A DNA stretch of 64,000 bases from Candidatus Latescibacterota bacterium (GCA_965204375.1 OZ241986.1:256001-320000); one strand, 5' to 3'. Numbered from the stretch's first letter, positions 19,169-29,196 are shown. Translations and numbers: made by a program. Notes: a model not told the origin generated them from the letters alone.

Positions 19169-19738
19169 ATGGCTAAGTCAATAAACGTCAGTTGCGAAGA
19201 CCGTTTGGCGATGGACGAGCGGCATATTTACCCCCGGTATATGGGGTTTCGCCCGGCGGATGGTCAGGTGTGCGATGTGAATCCGCCCAGGTTTAGCTGG
19301 CCGTTTGATCCGGCGATTATTCCGCAGGGGCCGCTGCCAATAGAGCGGAGGTTCAGGCTGCGGATTGGGAGTACACCCGATTTGAAGGATCCGGTGGTTG
19401 ATGTCAGACAGACGCCGTATAATTTTTACAATGCACTTCCGGTTTTGAAGGGTGGCCGCAAGTGGTTCTGGCAGGTGACGTACGATGCGGGGACGCCTTC
19501 TGAGCGCGAGAGCGAGGTGAGGCGTTTTGAGCTTGCGCCCGATGCGGTTGCATGGGATCGCACGGCGATTGAGCATAAGGTGAGCGGACATCCGAGGATT
19601 ATTTTTACGCCTGAGAATTTGCAGGATCTGAGAGAGCTTCAGGATAAGGATTTGGAGTGTGGGGAGATTGCGCGGCAGGCGATTCGTCTGGCGGATGAGA
19701 CGTTGAAGGCGGACTGGTTTGTGAATTTTCCGGACTAG
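19169..19738 (+). pseudogene. N-terminal fragment of a DUF4962/heparinase II-III-like polysaccharide lyase
   Basis: RPADGQ...NPPRFSWP Ig-like start, WFWQV and HPRIIF; the frame stops early at a CTAG. Confidence 0.55.
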
Positions 19739-19793
19739 GGAAGGCTAGCAGTTTAAGACCATAATTTTAGTTAGTTTTCGCCAACCGACCCCC

Positions 19794-19817
19794 AACCGGC
19801 TTTTGCCGGTTTTTTTG
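19794..19817 (+). terminator. Intrinsic terminator
   Basis: AACCGGC-TTTT-GCCGGTT followed by a T tract. Confidence 0.7.
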
Positions 19818-19906
19818 CGGTCTATTGTTTTCTTGACTTCTATTTTTGAGTGATTTATGCATGCCTTGTCGGATATTGAGGATTTGAGATTTTAACGGAG
19901 GTTGCT

Positions 19907-20857
19907 ATGACCATTCAGGAGCAGTTGCACTACGAGCAGGTCAATGACGAGTCGCTGAGTTTTCTCAAAGCGATTGGCGTTGACTATCTCACGATCAATC
20001 CTTCGATGGATATGCGCGATGGTAAAGATCGCCGCGCGTACTGGGCAGAGGTGCGAGATAGAGCTGCTGATCACGGCCTGATTTTGCGAAATGCTGCCAG
20101 CTATGGTTGGGATGAGTTTACTCTGGGTTTGGAAGATCGAGATGAAAAAATAGATGCCTGGTGTATGTTTATCCGCAATTTGGGTGAGGCAGGGATACCC
20201 ACTCTGGGATACAATTTTAAGCCGATTGGCAATTTTCGCACAGAGTCGGCGACGGGGCGCGGCGGTGTCAAATACAGTACGTTTGATTACGACGAATGGG
20301 CGCGCGAGCGCGTGTATGTGCCCGAAAAAGCAATTTCAGAAGCTGGCATGTGGGAAAATATCGAATACTTTTTGAAGCGCGTGATACCCGTGGCCGAAGA
20401 ATACGGCGTGAGGATGGCATTGCATCCGGATGATCCGCCCATTCCCGAACCGATGGGTGGGGCCGCGCGTATTGTATCGACGTTGGAGCAATATCACCGT
20501 ATCTTTGACCTTGCTCCCAGCCCGTGCAATGCCATGCTATTTTGCCAGGGCTGCGTGGCTGAAATGGGTGAAGATGTTTGCGAAGCGATCCGCGATATTG
20601 GCGGTCGGGACAAAATTGTGTATGTGCATTTTCGAGATATTCAGGGTTCGCCGAGAAGTTTTCGAGAGGTGTTTATTGATGAAGGGCAAAACGATATGCA
20701 CAAGGCGATGCAAACCTATAAGGACGTGGGGTTTAATGGTCCGTTTATGATGGACCACACCCCCAGGTTCTGGCAATCGGGTACTGAGTGGGCAGGGCGG
20801 GCGTTTGCCGTGGGGTACATGCGCGCGTTGATTCAGGCGGTTTATCAGGAAAGGTGA
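19907..20857 (+). CDS. uxuA: Mannonate dehydratase
   Basis: GYNF, FLKRVIPVAEE.GV.MALHPDDPP, FCQG, YVHFRD, DHTP, FAVGYMRAL. Confidence 0.88.
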   Translation: MTIQEQLHYEQVNDESLSFLKAIGVDYLTINPSMDMRDGKDRRAYWAEVRDRAADHGLILRNAASYGWDEFTLGLEDRDEKIDAWCMFIRNLGEAGIPTLGYNFKPIGNFRTESATGRGGVKYSTFDYDEWARERVYVPEKAISEAGMWENIEYFLKRVIPVAEEYGVRMALHPDDPPIPEPMGGAARIVSTLEQYHRIFDLAPSPCNAMLFCQGCVAEMGEDVCEAIRDIGGRDKIVYVHFRDIQGSPRSFREVFIDEGQNDMHKAMQTYKDVGFNGPFMMDHTPRFWQSGTEWAGRAFAVGYMRALIQAVYQER

Positions 20858-20869
20858 AAGGAGGACAAT

Positions 20870-21862
20870 ATGGAAAAGAAGACGGTAAGTTCTCAGAAGG
20901 TCGTCAAGGTTGCCATGATCGGTGCAGGGGGGCGGTCGCGCAGTGTACACTATCCCTCGCTGAACGATATGGACGATGTCAAAATGGTGGCCGTGTGTGA
21001 GTTGAATGAAGTGCGTATGATCGAGGTGGCGGGGGAGTACGATATTCCAGCGCGATACACCAATTATGTGACGATGATCGAACGGGAGAAACCCGATGTG
21101 GTTTATGCGATTATGCCACCGCATCACATATACGATCTGGCGGCGAATATTATGGATATGGGCGTTAATATCATCATTGAAAAACCACCTTCAGTAACGA
21201 CCGAACAGGCCAAACAGATGGCGTTGTTGGCGAAAAAGAACAATGTGATTACGGGTGTGACATTCCAGAGGCGGTTTGCGCCGGTGATCCGCACGGGAAA
21301 AGAAATATGTGAAAAAAATGGGCCCGTACACAGCGCAGCGTCGTATTTTTTGAAAAACGAAGTGGGCGGGCAACCCATTTACAAGGGTGCGATGGAAAAA
21401 CTGACTTGCGATGGTATTCACGCAGTGGATACGCTGCGATATTTGTGCGGTGGAGAAGTAGAAGCCGTGGCGAGCGATGTGCGGCGATTGGATGCCACGT
21501 TTAGAAATATGCATACAGCGCTGGTGAAGTTTTCGTCTGGCGCGACAGGTGTGCTACAAAATTGTTATATGATGGGACGTCGGATGTTCACGGTGGAAGT
21601 GCATTCGACGGGTATTTCGATGTTTGGCGATCCCGAAGAGGGCGGGCAGGTATTTGCCGATGGCAAAGTTGAACCCGTGCGCTCGCTTGATCCATGGATA
21701 CTGAGCGAAAGCGAGAAGCCACATGTCGCTTTTGGAGCTTATGCCATCAATCGCCATTTTATCGATTGCGTAAAAACGGGCCAACAACCCGAAACAAATT
21801 TTGAAGATGCGGCAAAATCTATGGAATTGGTCGATGCGATTTACGATTCGCAAATCGGATGA
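20870..21862 (+). CDS. Gfo/Idh/MocA family oxidoreductase
   Basis: IGAGG, IEKPP, FQRRF, GIHAVD. Confidence 0.9.
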   Translation: MEKKTVSSQKVVKVAMIGAGGRSRSVHYPSLNDMDDVKMVAVCELNEVRMIEVAGEYDIPARYTNYVTMIEREKPDVVYAIMPPHHIYDLAANIMDMGVNIIIEKPPSVTTEQAKQMALLAKKNNVITGVTFQRRFAPVIRTGKEICEKNGPVHSAASYFLKNEVGGQPIYKGAMEKLTCDGIHAVDTLRYLCGGEVEAVASDVRRLDATFRNMHTALVKFSSGATGVLQNCYMMGRRMFTVEVHSTGISMFGDPEEGGQVFADGKVEPVRSLDPWILSESEKPHVAFGAYAINRHFIDCVKTGQQPETNFEDAAKSMELVDAIYDSQIG

Positions 21863-21890
21863 GACGCGACAGGCAGTGGTCGGCAGAAAT

Positions 21891-21920
21891 AAGGCGGGAT
21901 GTGATAGATCCCGCCTTTTT
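21891..21920. terminator. Intrinsic terminator between convergent genes
   Basis: AAGGCGGGAT...ATCCCGCCTTTTT. Confidence 0.7.
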
Positions 21921-21931
21921 GTTATTGGGTT

Positions 21932-22531
21932 TTACAACAGGTGTCCATTTCCGCGTGTTCGGCGCTTTACTTCGCGCAGGGTGGCGAGTGACTTTTCGAG
22001 CGCATTAGACACGGTTTTGAGGCGTTCATTGGGTGAGGTGCTTTCCAGAAGTGCTTGCTGTTCATCGAGAGATAAGGTGAGGTTTGATGCGAGGATGTAT
22101 GAGAGTGCACCCAGTTCCAGGGCGGGTATTTGGGGCGATATCCACCCCGATGAGAGCTTCATGGCTTCAGAATAGAGTTTTTTGGCGCGGTTCCCCAAAG
22201 AAATGTCAAAGGCTTCGTCATCGTCTTCTACATCTTCCACAAAGCCCGATATATACGGATGGATATCGTATTGCTGGATAACGCGAAAGCGTCGCGTTCC
22301 TTCGATCAGGATGTTCATTCGGCCATCGGGAAATCGATTGAGCAGGCCGACAACACGCGCCGCGCATCCGATGTCGTTAAAATCGTCGTCTGTGCCCCAT
22401 ACAAGACCAAATTCGGTGTCGTTGTCAAGGCATTCACCAATCATTTGCTTGTATCGCTCTTCAAAGATATGCAAGGGAACACGCCGGTGTGGCAGCAGCA
22501 CCATGTCGAGGGGAAAGAGGGGAAGTTCCAT
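21932..22531 (-). CDS. LON peptidase substrate-binding (N-terminal) domain protein
   Basis: LPLFPL..VLLP...PLHIFEERYK.M, DGR.NI..EG..RF; no ATPase or protease domain. Confidence 0.88.
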   Translation of the reverse strand: MELPLFPLDMVLLPHRRVPLHIFEERYKQMIGECLDNDTEFGLVWGTDDDFNDIGCAARVVGLLNRFPDGRMNILIEGTRRFRVIQQYDIHPYISGFVEDVEDDDEAFDISLGNRAKKLYSEAMKLSSGWISPQIPALELGALSYILASNLTLSLDEQQALLESTSPNERLKTVSNALEKSLATLREVKRRTRGNGHLL

Positions 22532-22535
22532 TGGA

Positions 22536-23435
22536 TCAGGAGGCGAGTTTTTGATCGCTGTTTAAGAGAATATCGAGCAATTTTTGGGTGGCGATTGACA
22601 AACTGCGTCCTTTGCGAAAGAGGATGCCCAATGGCCGGTCAAAATCTCGATCTACAAAGTGCAGATATGCAAGGGTTTTGCGAGCGATTTCTTGCTCAAT
22701 GGAATTGAGTGGTAAAATAGAGATGCCAATATCGACTTCTACGGCGTGTTTGATGGGGGCTATGTGGTCGAGTTCCATGACGATATTGGGGCGTATTTTA
22801 TATTTTTTTAAGAACTGATCAATGGCGCGCCGAGTTGGGGTTTCGGGGGTAAAGAGAACCAGCGGAAATTTGTTGAGTTCTCGTGGTAAGAATGCGTTGC
22901 GAGAAGCCAATTCATGATCGGGATGCATGGCCACGACCATTTTGTCCTGTGAAAAGGGCATCACATCTACATTGCGTTGGGTGCGTGGATATGGCACAAT
23001 GCCCAAATCGACTTCGCCATTGGCAACATCGTCATAAATTTTATTTACCTGATCGTATTGGAGACGGAAATTAACCCGGGGATAGGCTTTGAGGTAGGTT
23101 TTGAGAAAGGGGGTGAGTTCGAGCATCCCCACGCTGTAAATAGATGACAGACGAACAGTTCCCGAAACCACCCCTCCCAGAGCCTGAATGCGGTGTTCCA
23201 TTTCTTCGTAGCGTCGGACAATTTCTCGGGCATAAGAGTAAAAAATTTCGCCTTCTGCAGTGAGTGTCAGGCGTCTTTTTTCAACTCGTTCTATGAGTTG
23301 TTTTCCCTGACGTTTTTCGATGCTTTTGAGTTGCTGGCTTACCGCGGATTGAGTAACGGAATTGAGGACAGCGGTTTTGGAAAAACTCTGAGTTTCAATC
23401 AGGTCACAGAAGACTTTCAGACTTGTAATCAGCAA
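22536..23435 (-). CDS. LysR family transcriptional regulator
   Basis: N-terminal HTH SFSKTA....TQSAVSQQLKSIE and a LysR substrate-binding domain. Confidence 0.93.
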   Translation of the reverse strand: MLITSLKVFCDLIETQSFSKTAVLNSVTQSAVSQQLKSIEKRQGKQLIERVEKRRLTLTAEGEIFYSYAREIVRRYEEMEHRIQALGGVVSGTVRLSSIYSVGMLELTPFLKTYLKAYPRVNFRLQYDQVNKIYDDVANGEVDLGIVPYPRTQRNVDVMPFSQDKMVVAMHPDHELASRNAFLPRELNKFPLVLFTPETPTRRAIDQFLKKYKIRPNIVMELDHIAPIKHAVEVDIGISILPLNSIEQEIARKTLAYLHFVDRDFDRPLGILFRKGRSLSIATQKLLDILLNSDQKLAS

Positions 23436-23502
23436 GGGCTTTCTCCGTCGTTAAAAGTATAAGAGGATATGAAATTGTGAGAGGGTGTAAATTAGAACAG
23501 CA

Positions 23503-23531
23503 AATCTATAAGAAACTCGAAACTATGTCAA
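23503..23531 (-). promoter_or_regulatory. Putative sigma70 promoter of lysR-lonN
   Basis: TTGACA-N17-TAGATT on the minus strand. Confidence 0.6.
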
Positions 23532-23628
23532 TAGAAAAACTGGATTTGAAAAATATTGGCCGTACTGAATAGGGTGTAGAAACAATGAATAGGGAACCGC
23601 GGCTAAAATGTCAATTTTGGATTTGCCC

Positions 23629-23657
23629 TTGTAAAAAACGCCAGAACATCTTATACT
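23629..23657 (+). promoter_or_regulatory. Putative sigma70 promoter of accD-aroQ
   Basis: TTGTAA-N17-TATACT. Confidence 0.6.
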
Positions 23658-23688
23658 TCAATTTGTTATCGCTATATGGAGATTGTTT

Positions 23689-24558
23689 ATGAACTGGTTT
23701 AACAAGCTCAAATCTGGTATTCGAACGCTCGTGAGAAAGCGTATGCCCGAAAATATTTGGGTTCAGTGCGAGCGATGTGAGCAAATAGTTTACCGAAAGA
23801 AACTCGAGCAAAATACAGGTATTTGCCCGCATTGCAAACATCACTTTCGCATATCCAGTGACGAATATGTCGCCGCTGTGCTCGATGAAGATTCGTTTGA
23901 AGAAATAGGTCAGGAGGTCAAATCAACCGATCCGCTCACATTTGTCGATCTACAGCCCTATCCCGACCGGCTCAAGGAGTATCGCAAACGCACCAATATG
24001 GATGCCGCTGTGCTGGCTGGCGTGGGGAAGATCGATGGTGTGCCTGTGGGCATTGCCGTGCACGAATTTGGTTTTATGGGTGGGTCACTCGGTTCGGCTG
24101 AGGGAGAGCGAATTTGTCGGGTGATTGATCGATGTATGCGCGATCAATTGCCGCTGATTATTGTGTGTCGGTCCGGCGGCGCGCGCATGCAAGAGAGCAT
24201 TTTTTCTCTGATGCAAATGGCGAAAGTCAATGCCAAGTTGTCGCAATTTTCAGATGCGGGACTGCTGTTTATTTCCGTTCTGATAGATCCCACAACAGCC
24301 GGTGTAAATGCCAGTTATGCATCAATTGGCGATATCAATATCGCCGAGCCAAATGCGCTGATCGGATTTACGGGGTCGCGTATTACAGGGTCTTCTGTGA
24401 GTGCCTCCGAGATGGAAGCTCTGCGGCAAGCACAGCGCGCAGAGCAAGTGCTCGAACACGGTTTTGTCGATATGATTGTTTCTCGAGATAAAATGAGAGT
24501 TACCCTGTCTCAGTTGATAGAAATGTTGAGTAAAGAGCCACCTGAGGTTACTTCATGA
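23689..24558 (+). CDS. accD: Acetyl-CoA carboxylase carboxyltransferase beta subunit
   Basis: C4 zinc finger (CERC...CPHC), FMGGSLG, SGGARMQE, AEPNALIGF, HGFVDMIV. Confidence 0.92.
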   Translation: MNWFNKLKSGIRTLVRKRMPENIWVQCERCEQIVYRKKLEQNTGICPHCKHHFRISSDEYVAAVLDEDSFEEIGQEVKSTDPLTFVDLQPYPDRLKEYRKRTNMDAAVLAGVGKIDGVPVGIAVHEFGFMGGSLGSAEGERICRVIDRCMRDQLPLIIVCRSGGARMQESIFSLMQMAKVNAKLSQFSDAGLLFISVLIDPTTAGVNASYASIGDINIAEPNALIGFTGSRITGSSVSASEMEALRQAQRAEQVLEHGFVDMIVSRDKMRVTLSQLIEMLSKEPPEVTS

Positions 24559-24995
24559 AGATTCTCGTTTTACAAGGTCCCAATATCAATATGCTGGGGC
24601 GGCGCAAAGCAGAGCACTACGGTACTGTGACAATGGACGAGGTTCACGCACATCTCGAACAAAAGGCGGATGAACTGGATTGCGAGATTGCGTGTTTTCA
24701 TTCGAATTACGAGGGGGCACTCGTTGAAAAAGTGCAGGAGATGCGCGATTCTGTAGATGGTATTCTTATGAATCCCGCAGGGCTGACCACAACAAGCGTA
24801 TCGTTGCGGGACGCGCTTGAAGACGCGGGTTTACCACTGGTCGAAATTCATCTGTCCAATATCCACGCGCGAGAAGCATGGCGGCGGCATTCTCTGTTTT
24901 CTGAAATTGCAGTGGGCATTATTGCCGGGTTCAGATGGCGAGGCTATGTGTCGGCGCTTGAGATGCTGGTTGGCATGTTGCGAGATGAAGTGTGA
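24555..24995 (+). CDS. aroQ: Type II 3-dehydroquinate dehydratase
   Basis: GPNINMLG.R...YG, SNYEG, NPAG, EIHLSNIHARE. Confidence 0.95.
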   Translation: MKILVLQGPNINMLGRRKAEHYGTVTMDEVHAHLEQKADELDCEIACFHSNYEGALVEKVQEMRDSVDGILMNPAGLTTTSVSLRDALEDAGLPLVEIHLSNIHAREAWRRHSLFSEIAVGIIAGFRWRGYVSALEMLVGMLRDEV

Positions 24996-25082
24996 AGTGA
25001 GCACAGGCGAAGCCTACAACGCAGCGCAGCAAGTAACTCCACCCCGCTCCACCCCAAAACTGGTATATCATCCTACCTTTTG

Positions 25083-25121
25083 CTTCATCTTCACCCTTCC
25101 TACTTCACCCTTCCTACTTCA
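25083..25121. repeat. Short heptamer-based tandem repeat in an intergenic region
   Basis: CTTCACC CTTCCTA CTTCACC CTTCCTA CTTCA. Confidence 0.6.
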
Positions 25122-25162
25122 ACGTGAACTGGTCTGCGACCAGTTGTACCCCGTTTCCCACT

Positions 25163-25888
25163 TCATTTGTAAAGGTCAAATGTTTCTATAAATTGGGCGA
25201 TAGATTCTGGCACGAGATCTGTGATGGGATCTCCTGCGCGGATGCGTTTGCGTACTTCGGTAGAGGAAATATTGCCAAAAGATGGGGGTAATTGAAGGGG
25301 GTGTACGCGATTTGCAAAAGGCGTGCATTCGGGGCGTGACATAAATCTGTAAAAAACTTCTCGCGAAGGATTTTCGCGATTGGCAGATACAATGTGACAC
25401 AGTGAAAATAGCACTTTGAGTTCGGCGGGCATGTCGGTGTAATAGTGCGGATCAAAGATGCGTATCAGGGTGTCGTGGCCGATGAGAAAGTAGATTTGGG
25501 CGTTGGATAAAAAATGTGCTCTGAGTGCGTGTGCTTTGTCGATAAAGCGGGCATGGCTACATCCAGCAATTGACAGGCAGGCGTCCAATTGGGTATCAGA
25601 ATCCGCGTAATTGACCATCATGGCGAGGCGTTGGCTCAGGTCTGCACCAAAGAGGACTTTATCGACATTGGTTTTGGCGAGGAGGAGGACGATTTCGTCA
25701 AAGTTAAAAGCATTTTGTGCATGGTGTACAAGTGCTTCGTGGGCAAGAGTGAGCGGGTTGAAGGATGCGTCGAGTATCCCGATATGTCTGGGCTGCCGAG
25801 GTGTGGCTCGATGTACAAATTGCACCACAGGGGTATTTTGGGGATCGAGGCTATCCATGAGGATGCGGTAGTTTTCAAGGGTGTTCAT
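25163..25888 (-). CDS. Nicotinate/nicotinamide-nucleotide adenylyltransferase family protein (Pof1-like)
   Basis: LDASFNPLTLAH, GHDTLIRIFDPHYY and ISSTEVR nucleotidyltransferase motifs. Confidence 0.8.
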   Translation of the reverse strand: MNTLENYRILMDSLDPQNTPVVQFVHRATPRQPRHIGILDASFNPLTLAHEALVHHAQNAFNFDEIVLLLAKTNVDKVLFGADLSQRLAMMVNYADSDTQLDACLSIAGCSHARFIDKAHALRAHFLSNAQIYFLIGHDTLIRIFDPHYYTDMPAELKVLFSLCHIVSANRENPSREVFYRFMSRPECTPFANRVHPLQLPPSFGNISSTEVRKRIRAGDPITDLVPESIAQFIETFDLYK

Positions 25889-25980
25889 GGTGAAGAAAAT
25901 TTATGTTAGAGACTGGTGTGGAGCAAGGAAAAATAACGATTAGCCCAACCACCTCTATCGAAGTGCGTGAGGATATTAAA

Positions 25981-26733
25981 ATGATTTACCGATTGTTTTT
26001 AATGGCATTTGTCCTCTTGTTTGCCTACCCCGTTGTATCGTTGGCATCTGAGCAGGATGTGGAATCTATTGTGAAAAAAATTGACGCGCTCTATCGCAGC
26101 AATACCAGCGTGGCTGATATGGAGATGCAGATTGTTACGCCGCACTGGGAACGCACGCTGTTGTTGAGGGTGTGGACAAAGGGGATGAATAAGACTTTCA
26201 TCCGCATTGACGCGCCCAAAAAGGAAAAGGGCGTTACAACGCTGCGCATCGACAACGAGATGTGGAACTATCTTCCAAAGACTAACAAGGTGATAAAGGT
26301 GCCGCCTTCGATGATGATGGGGTCGTGGATGGGATCGGATTTTACGAATGACGACCTTGTCAAAGAGTCGTCAATGCTCAACGATTATAGCTACGATCTG
26401 ATTGTGCCGGATGACGCGCAACCGGGTCATCTTTACATCCGGTTCATTCCGAAGGAAGATTCTCCAATTGTTTGGGGCAAGCTCATCACGGCTGTGCGGG
26501 TAGATGATCTGATTCCGGTATGGCAACATTTCTACGATGAGAAGGACAATTTGATGCGGGTCTTGAATTTCAAAGAGATTGTGTCGTTCGGCAGCAAGAC
26601 GATTCCATCCGTGATGGAGATGGTGCCGCAGAACAAGGACAGGCATAAAACCGTTATGCGTTATCTCAAGGCCGAGTTTGATGTGCAGATAGATGACGAT
26701 GTATTCACGAGGCGCAATCTTCAGAGGAAGTGA
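25981..26733 (+). CDS. Outer membrane lipoprotein-sorting (LolA-like) protein
   Basis: Signal peptide, MWNYLP, SWMGSDFTNDDL, FTRRNL. Confidence 0.85.
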   Translation: MIYRLFLMAFVLLFAYPVVSLASEQDVESIVKKIDALYRSNTSVADMEMQIVTPHWERTLLLRVWTKGMNKTFIRIDAPKKEKGVTTLRIDNEMWNYLPKTNKVIKVPPSMMMGSWMGSDFTNDDLVKESSMLNDYSYDLIVPDDAQPGHLYIRFIPKEDSPIVWGKLITAVRVDDLIPVWQHFYDEKDNLMRVLNFKEIVSFGSKTIPSVMEMVPQNKDRHKTVMRYLKAEFDVQIDDDVFTRRNLQRK

Positions 26734-26735
26734 AG

Positions 26736-27947
26736 ATGCTCAAAATCGCATTTCGCAATATCTTTCGCCAGAGGCGGCGCACTGTGTTGACTGCGCTTGC
26801 AATGATCGTGGGGTTCACGCTTTCGTCGGTTTTTATTGGCTGGTCAGACGGCGCGTATTCGGACATTATTTCAATGTTCACGCGGAATCGCATCGGGCAT
26901 ATTCAGGTGCATCGGGCGGGTTATCTCGACAAGCCTTCACTTTACGATGTGATCGACAGTTATGAATTCATTGGCGAGAAGATTGTCCGGGTTGAGGGCG
27001 TTGAGGCGTGGACGCCGCGCATCTATTCGGCTGGACTCGGTTCGGTAGGCGATAAGACGATGGGGGTGCAAATCATCGGCGTAGATGTGGAGCGCGAGGT
27101 GAAAGCCACACGGTTTGATCGGAAGATCACCAGTGGGGCGATATTTTCAGATGCCGCCTCGCGCGAAGCGATTCTCGGCGTTGGGTTGGCGCGCATTCTG
27201 AAGGCGGATATTGGTCGCGAAATTGTGCTCGTCACACAGGGTACAGATGGTGCTATCGCCAATGATTTGTACAAGATTATCGGTATTGCAGAAAGTGGCG
27301 ATAAAGCGACTGATCGGATGTCGTGCTATCTCCACATCGATGATGCGCAGGACTTGCTCGTGCTCGACGGGCGCGTTCACGAAATCGCCGTGATCGCTGA
27401 AGCATTGGATCGCGTCCCCAAAATCACCGCGGCGATTGAGGCACAGATCAACGATACAACGCTCGAGGTGTCGCCGTGGCAGGTCGTCGCCAAATCATTT
27501 TATCGCGCGATGCAGGCCGATAGACAGGGCGATCTTATCGGACGCATGATTATCATGCTGATTGTCGCTATTGGCGTGCTGAATACGGTGCTGATGTCGG
27601 TGTTAGAGCGCACGCGAGAGTACGGCGTGTTGAAAGCGATGGGGACAAAACCGAGGCAGATATTTGGCGTGGTGGTGGCTGAAGTGGCGTTTATCGCGCT
27701 TGGCAGCATTGTCATTGGCGCGATATTCGGTGCGAGTCTCAATTACTTGCTGTCGATCTACGGCATCTCACTGCCGCAAGAGTTTTCCTATGGCGGTATT
27801 GTGTTTCAGACGATGTACGCCGCGGTCACTGTGCGAAGCCTTGCAATTCCCGCGGTTACGGTTCTTGTCTCGGCAATTTTTGTCAGCCTGTTTCCCGCAC
27901 TGAGAGCAGCGCGAATTGCCCCAGCCAGCGCAATGAGAACGCATTAG
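26736..27947 (+). CDS. ABC transporter permease (LolC/E, FtsX-like)
   Basis: AFRNIFRQRRRT, MSVLERTREYGVLKAMG, FPALRAARI. Confidence 0.9.
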   Translation: MLKIAFRNIFRQRRRTVLTALAMIVGFTLSSVFIGWSDGAYSDIISMFTRNRIGHIQVHRAGYLDKPSLYDVIDSYEFIGEKIVRVEGVEAWTPRIYSAGLGSVGDKTMGVQIIGVDVEREVKATRFDRKITSGAIFSDAASREAILGVGLARILKADIGREIVLVTQGTDGAIANDLYKIIGIAESGDKATDRMSCYLHIDDAQDLLVLDGRVHEIAVIAEALDRVPKITAAIEAQINDTTLEVSPWQVVAKSFYRAMQADRQGDLIGRMIIMLIVAIGVLNTVLMSVLERTREYGVLKAMGTKPRQIFGVVVAEVAFIALGSIVIGAIFGASLNYLLSIYGISLPQEFSYGGIVFQTMYAAVTVRSLAIPAVTVLVSAIFVSLFPALRAARIAPASAMRTH

Positions 27948-27952
27948 GAACT

Positions 27953-29182
27953 ATGTCCTGGATACTAATAAAGCTCGCGTGGAAGAATCTCTTTCGGCAT
28001 AAACGCCGCTCCATCATTGCTGCAACAGCAATGGGAATTGGACTTGCGGCTCTTATCTTTGCCGATGCGCTCTGGTTGGGGATGGAGCGGAACATGGTCA
28101 AAACGGCGACGGCGTCATTTCTGGGAGATGGACAGATTCATCGAGAGGGGTTTTCCGATGAGCAAGCAGTTGAGTTGACGATTAATCAGCTCGATGCGGT
28201 GGTCGCCAATCTTCGACGGGAAGGTATCGTGGCGCACTTCACCTTGCGGACGTTCGCCTTTGGTATGATAACTTCACCTGCAACTGTCGCGGCGGTCAAT
28301 CTCGTGGGCGTCGAACCATCTACCGAACAGTATCTGTCTCTAATTGACGATGCGATTATTGAAGGCGCGTATTTTGAGGGGGCAAATCCGCGGGACATTG
28401 TTATTGGTGAGGAACTTGGAGAACGCCTTGAGGTGGGGTTAGGCAACAGGGTTGTCGTGACGGTGGCGCAAGCCGGGAGCGGCGATCTCTCGCAAGAGAT
28501 GTTTCGCGTTTCTGGAATTTATCGTTTTGCCGACGAAGGGATGAACAGCGGCATGGCGTTTATTCGATTGGGGAAGGCGCAGCAGATGCTCGCACTCGGC
28601 GCAGGGGCGCACGAGATCGCGCTGAAGTTCATCGATTCGATATCCGCCGAGGATCAGAATCTGCTGTTTTGGAAAACTTATTCTCAAGGGGGAAACAAAG
28701 CGCGTAGTTGGACAGAGGTTTTGCCAGAGGTGCAAGCGATGTTCGAGATGTCGAAGTTCAGCAAGTACATTATGGGCTTTGTGCTGTTTGGCGTGGTTGT
28801 TTTTGGCATTGTCAATACGCTGTTTATGTCGCTTTACGAACGGATGTTTGAATTTGGCGTGTTGCGAGCAATTGGCACGCGTCCATTTGGCATGGCGCGG
28901 CTGATTCTGTTTGAGGCAGGAGCATTGGCAGTTCTGGGTATTATTTTGGGTACGATTTTTGGGTTCTGTGTCACTTTAATTTTTTCAACGATTGGCATTG
29001 ACTACACGGGGATCGAGATGATGGGCATCACCATGCAGGAGTTGATCTATCCGGAGATGCGTATTCAACCGTTTATTTTTTATTCGATCTGGATCTTTGT
29101 CTTTACAATTATCGCAGGGCTATATCCGGCGCGGTATGCGGCGAATATGTCTGCGGCAACTGCGATGCGAAGGAGTTTCTGA
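27953..29182 (+). CDS. ABC transporter permease (LolC/E, FtsX-like)
   Basis: AWKNLFRHKRRS, MSLYERMFEFGVLRAIG, YPARYAA. Confidence 0.9.
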   Translation: MSWILIKLAWKNLFRHKRRSIIAATAMGIGLAALIFADALWLGMERNMVKTATASFLGDGQIHREGFSDEQAVELTINQLDAVVANLRREGIVAHFTLRTFAFGMITSPATVAAVNLVGVEPSTEQYLSLIDDAIIEGAYFEGANPRDIVIGEELGERLEVGLGNRVVVTVAQAGSGDLSQEMFRVSGIYRFADEGMNSGMAFIRLGKAQQMLALGAGAHEIALKFIDSISAEDQNLLFWKTYSQGGNKARSWTEVLPEVQAMFEMSKFSKYIMGFVLFGVVVFGIVNTLFMSLYERMFEFGVLRAIGTRPFGMARLILFEAGALAVLGIILGTIFGFCVTLIFSTIGIDYTGIEMMGITMQELIYPEMRIQPFIFYSIWIFVFTIIAGLYPARYAANMSAATAMRRSF

Positions 29183-29196
29183 AGGAGATATCCACG

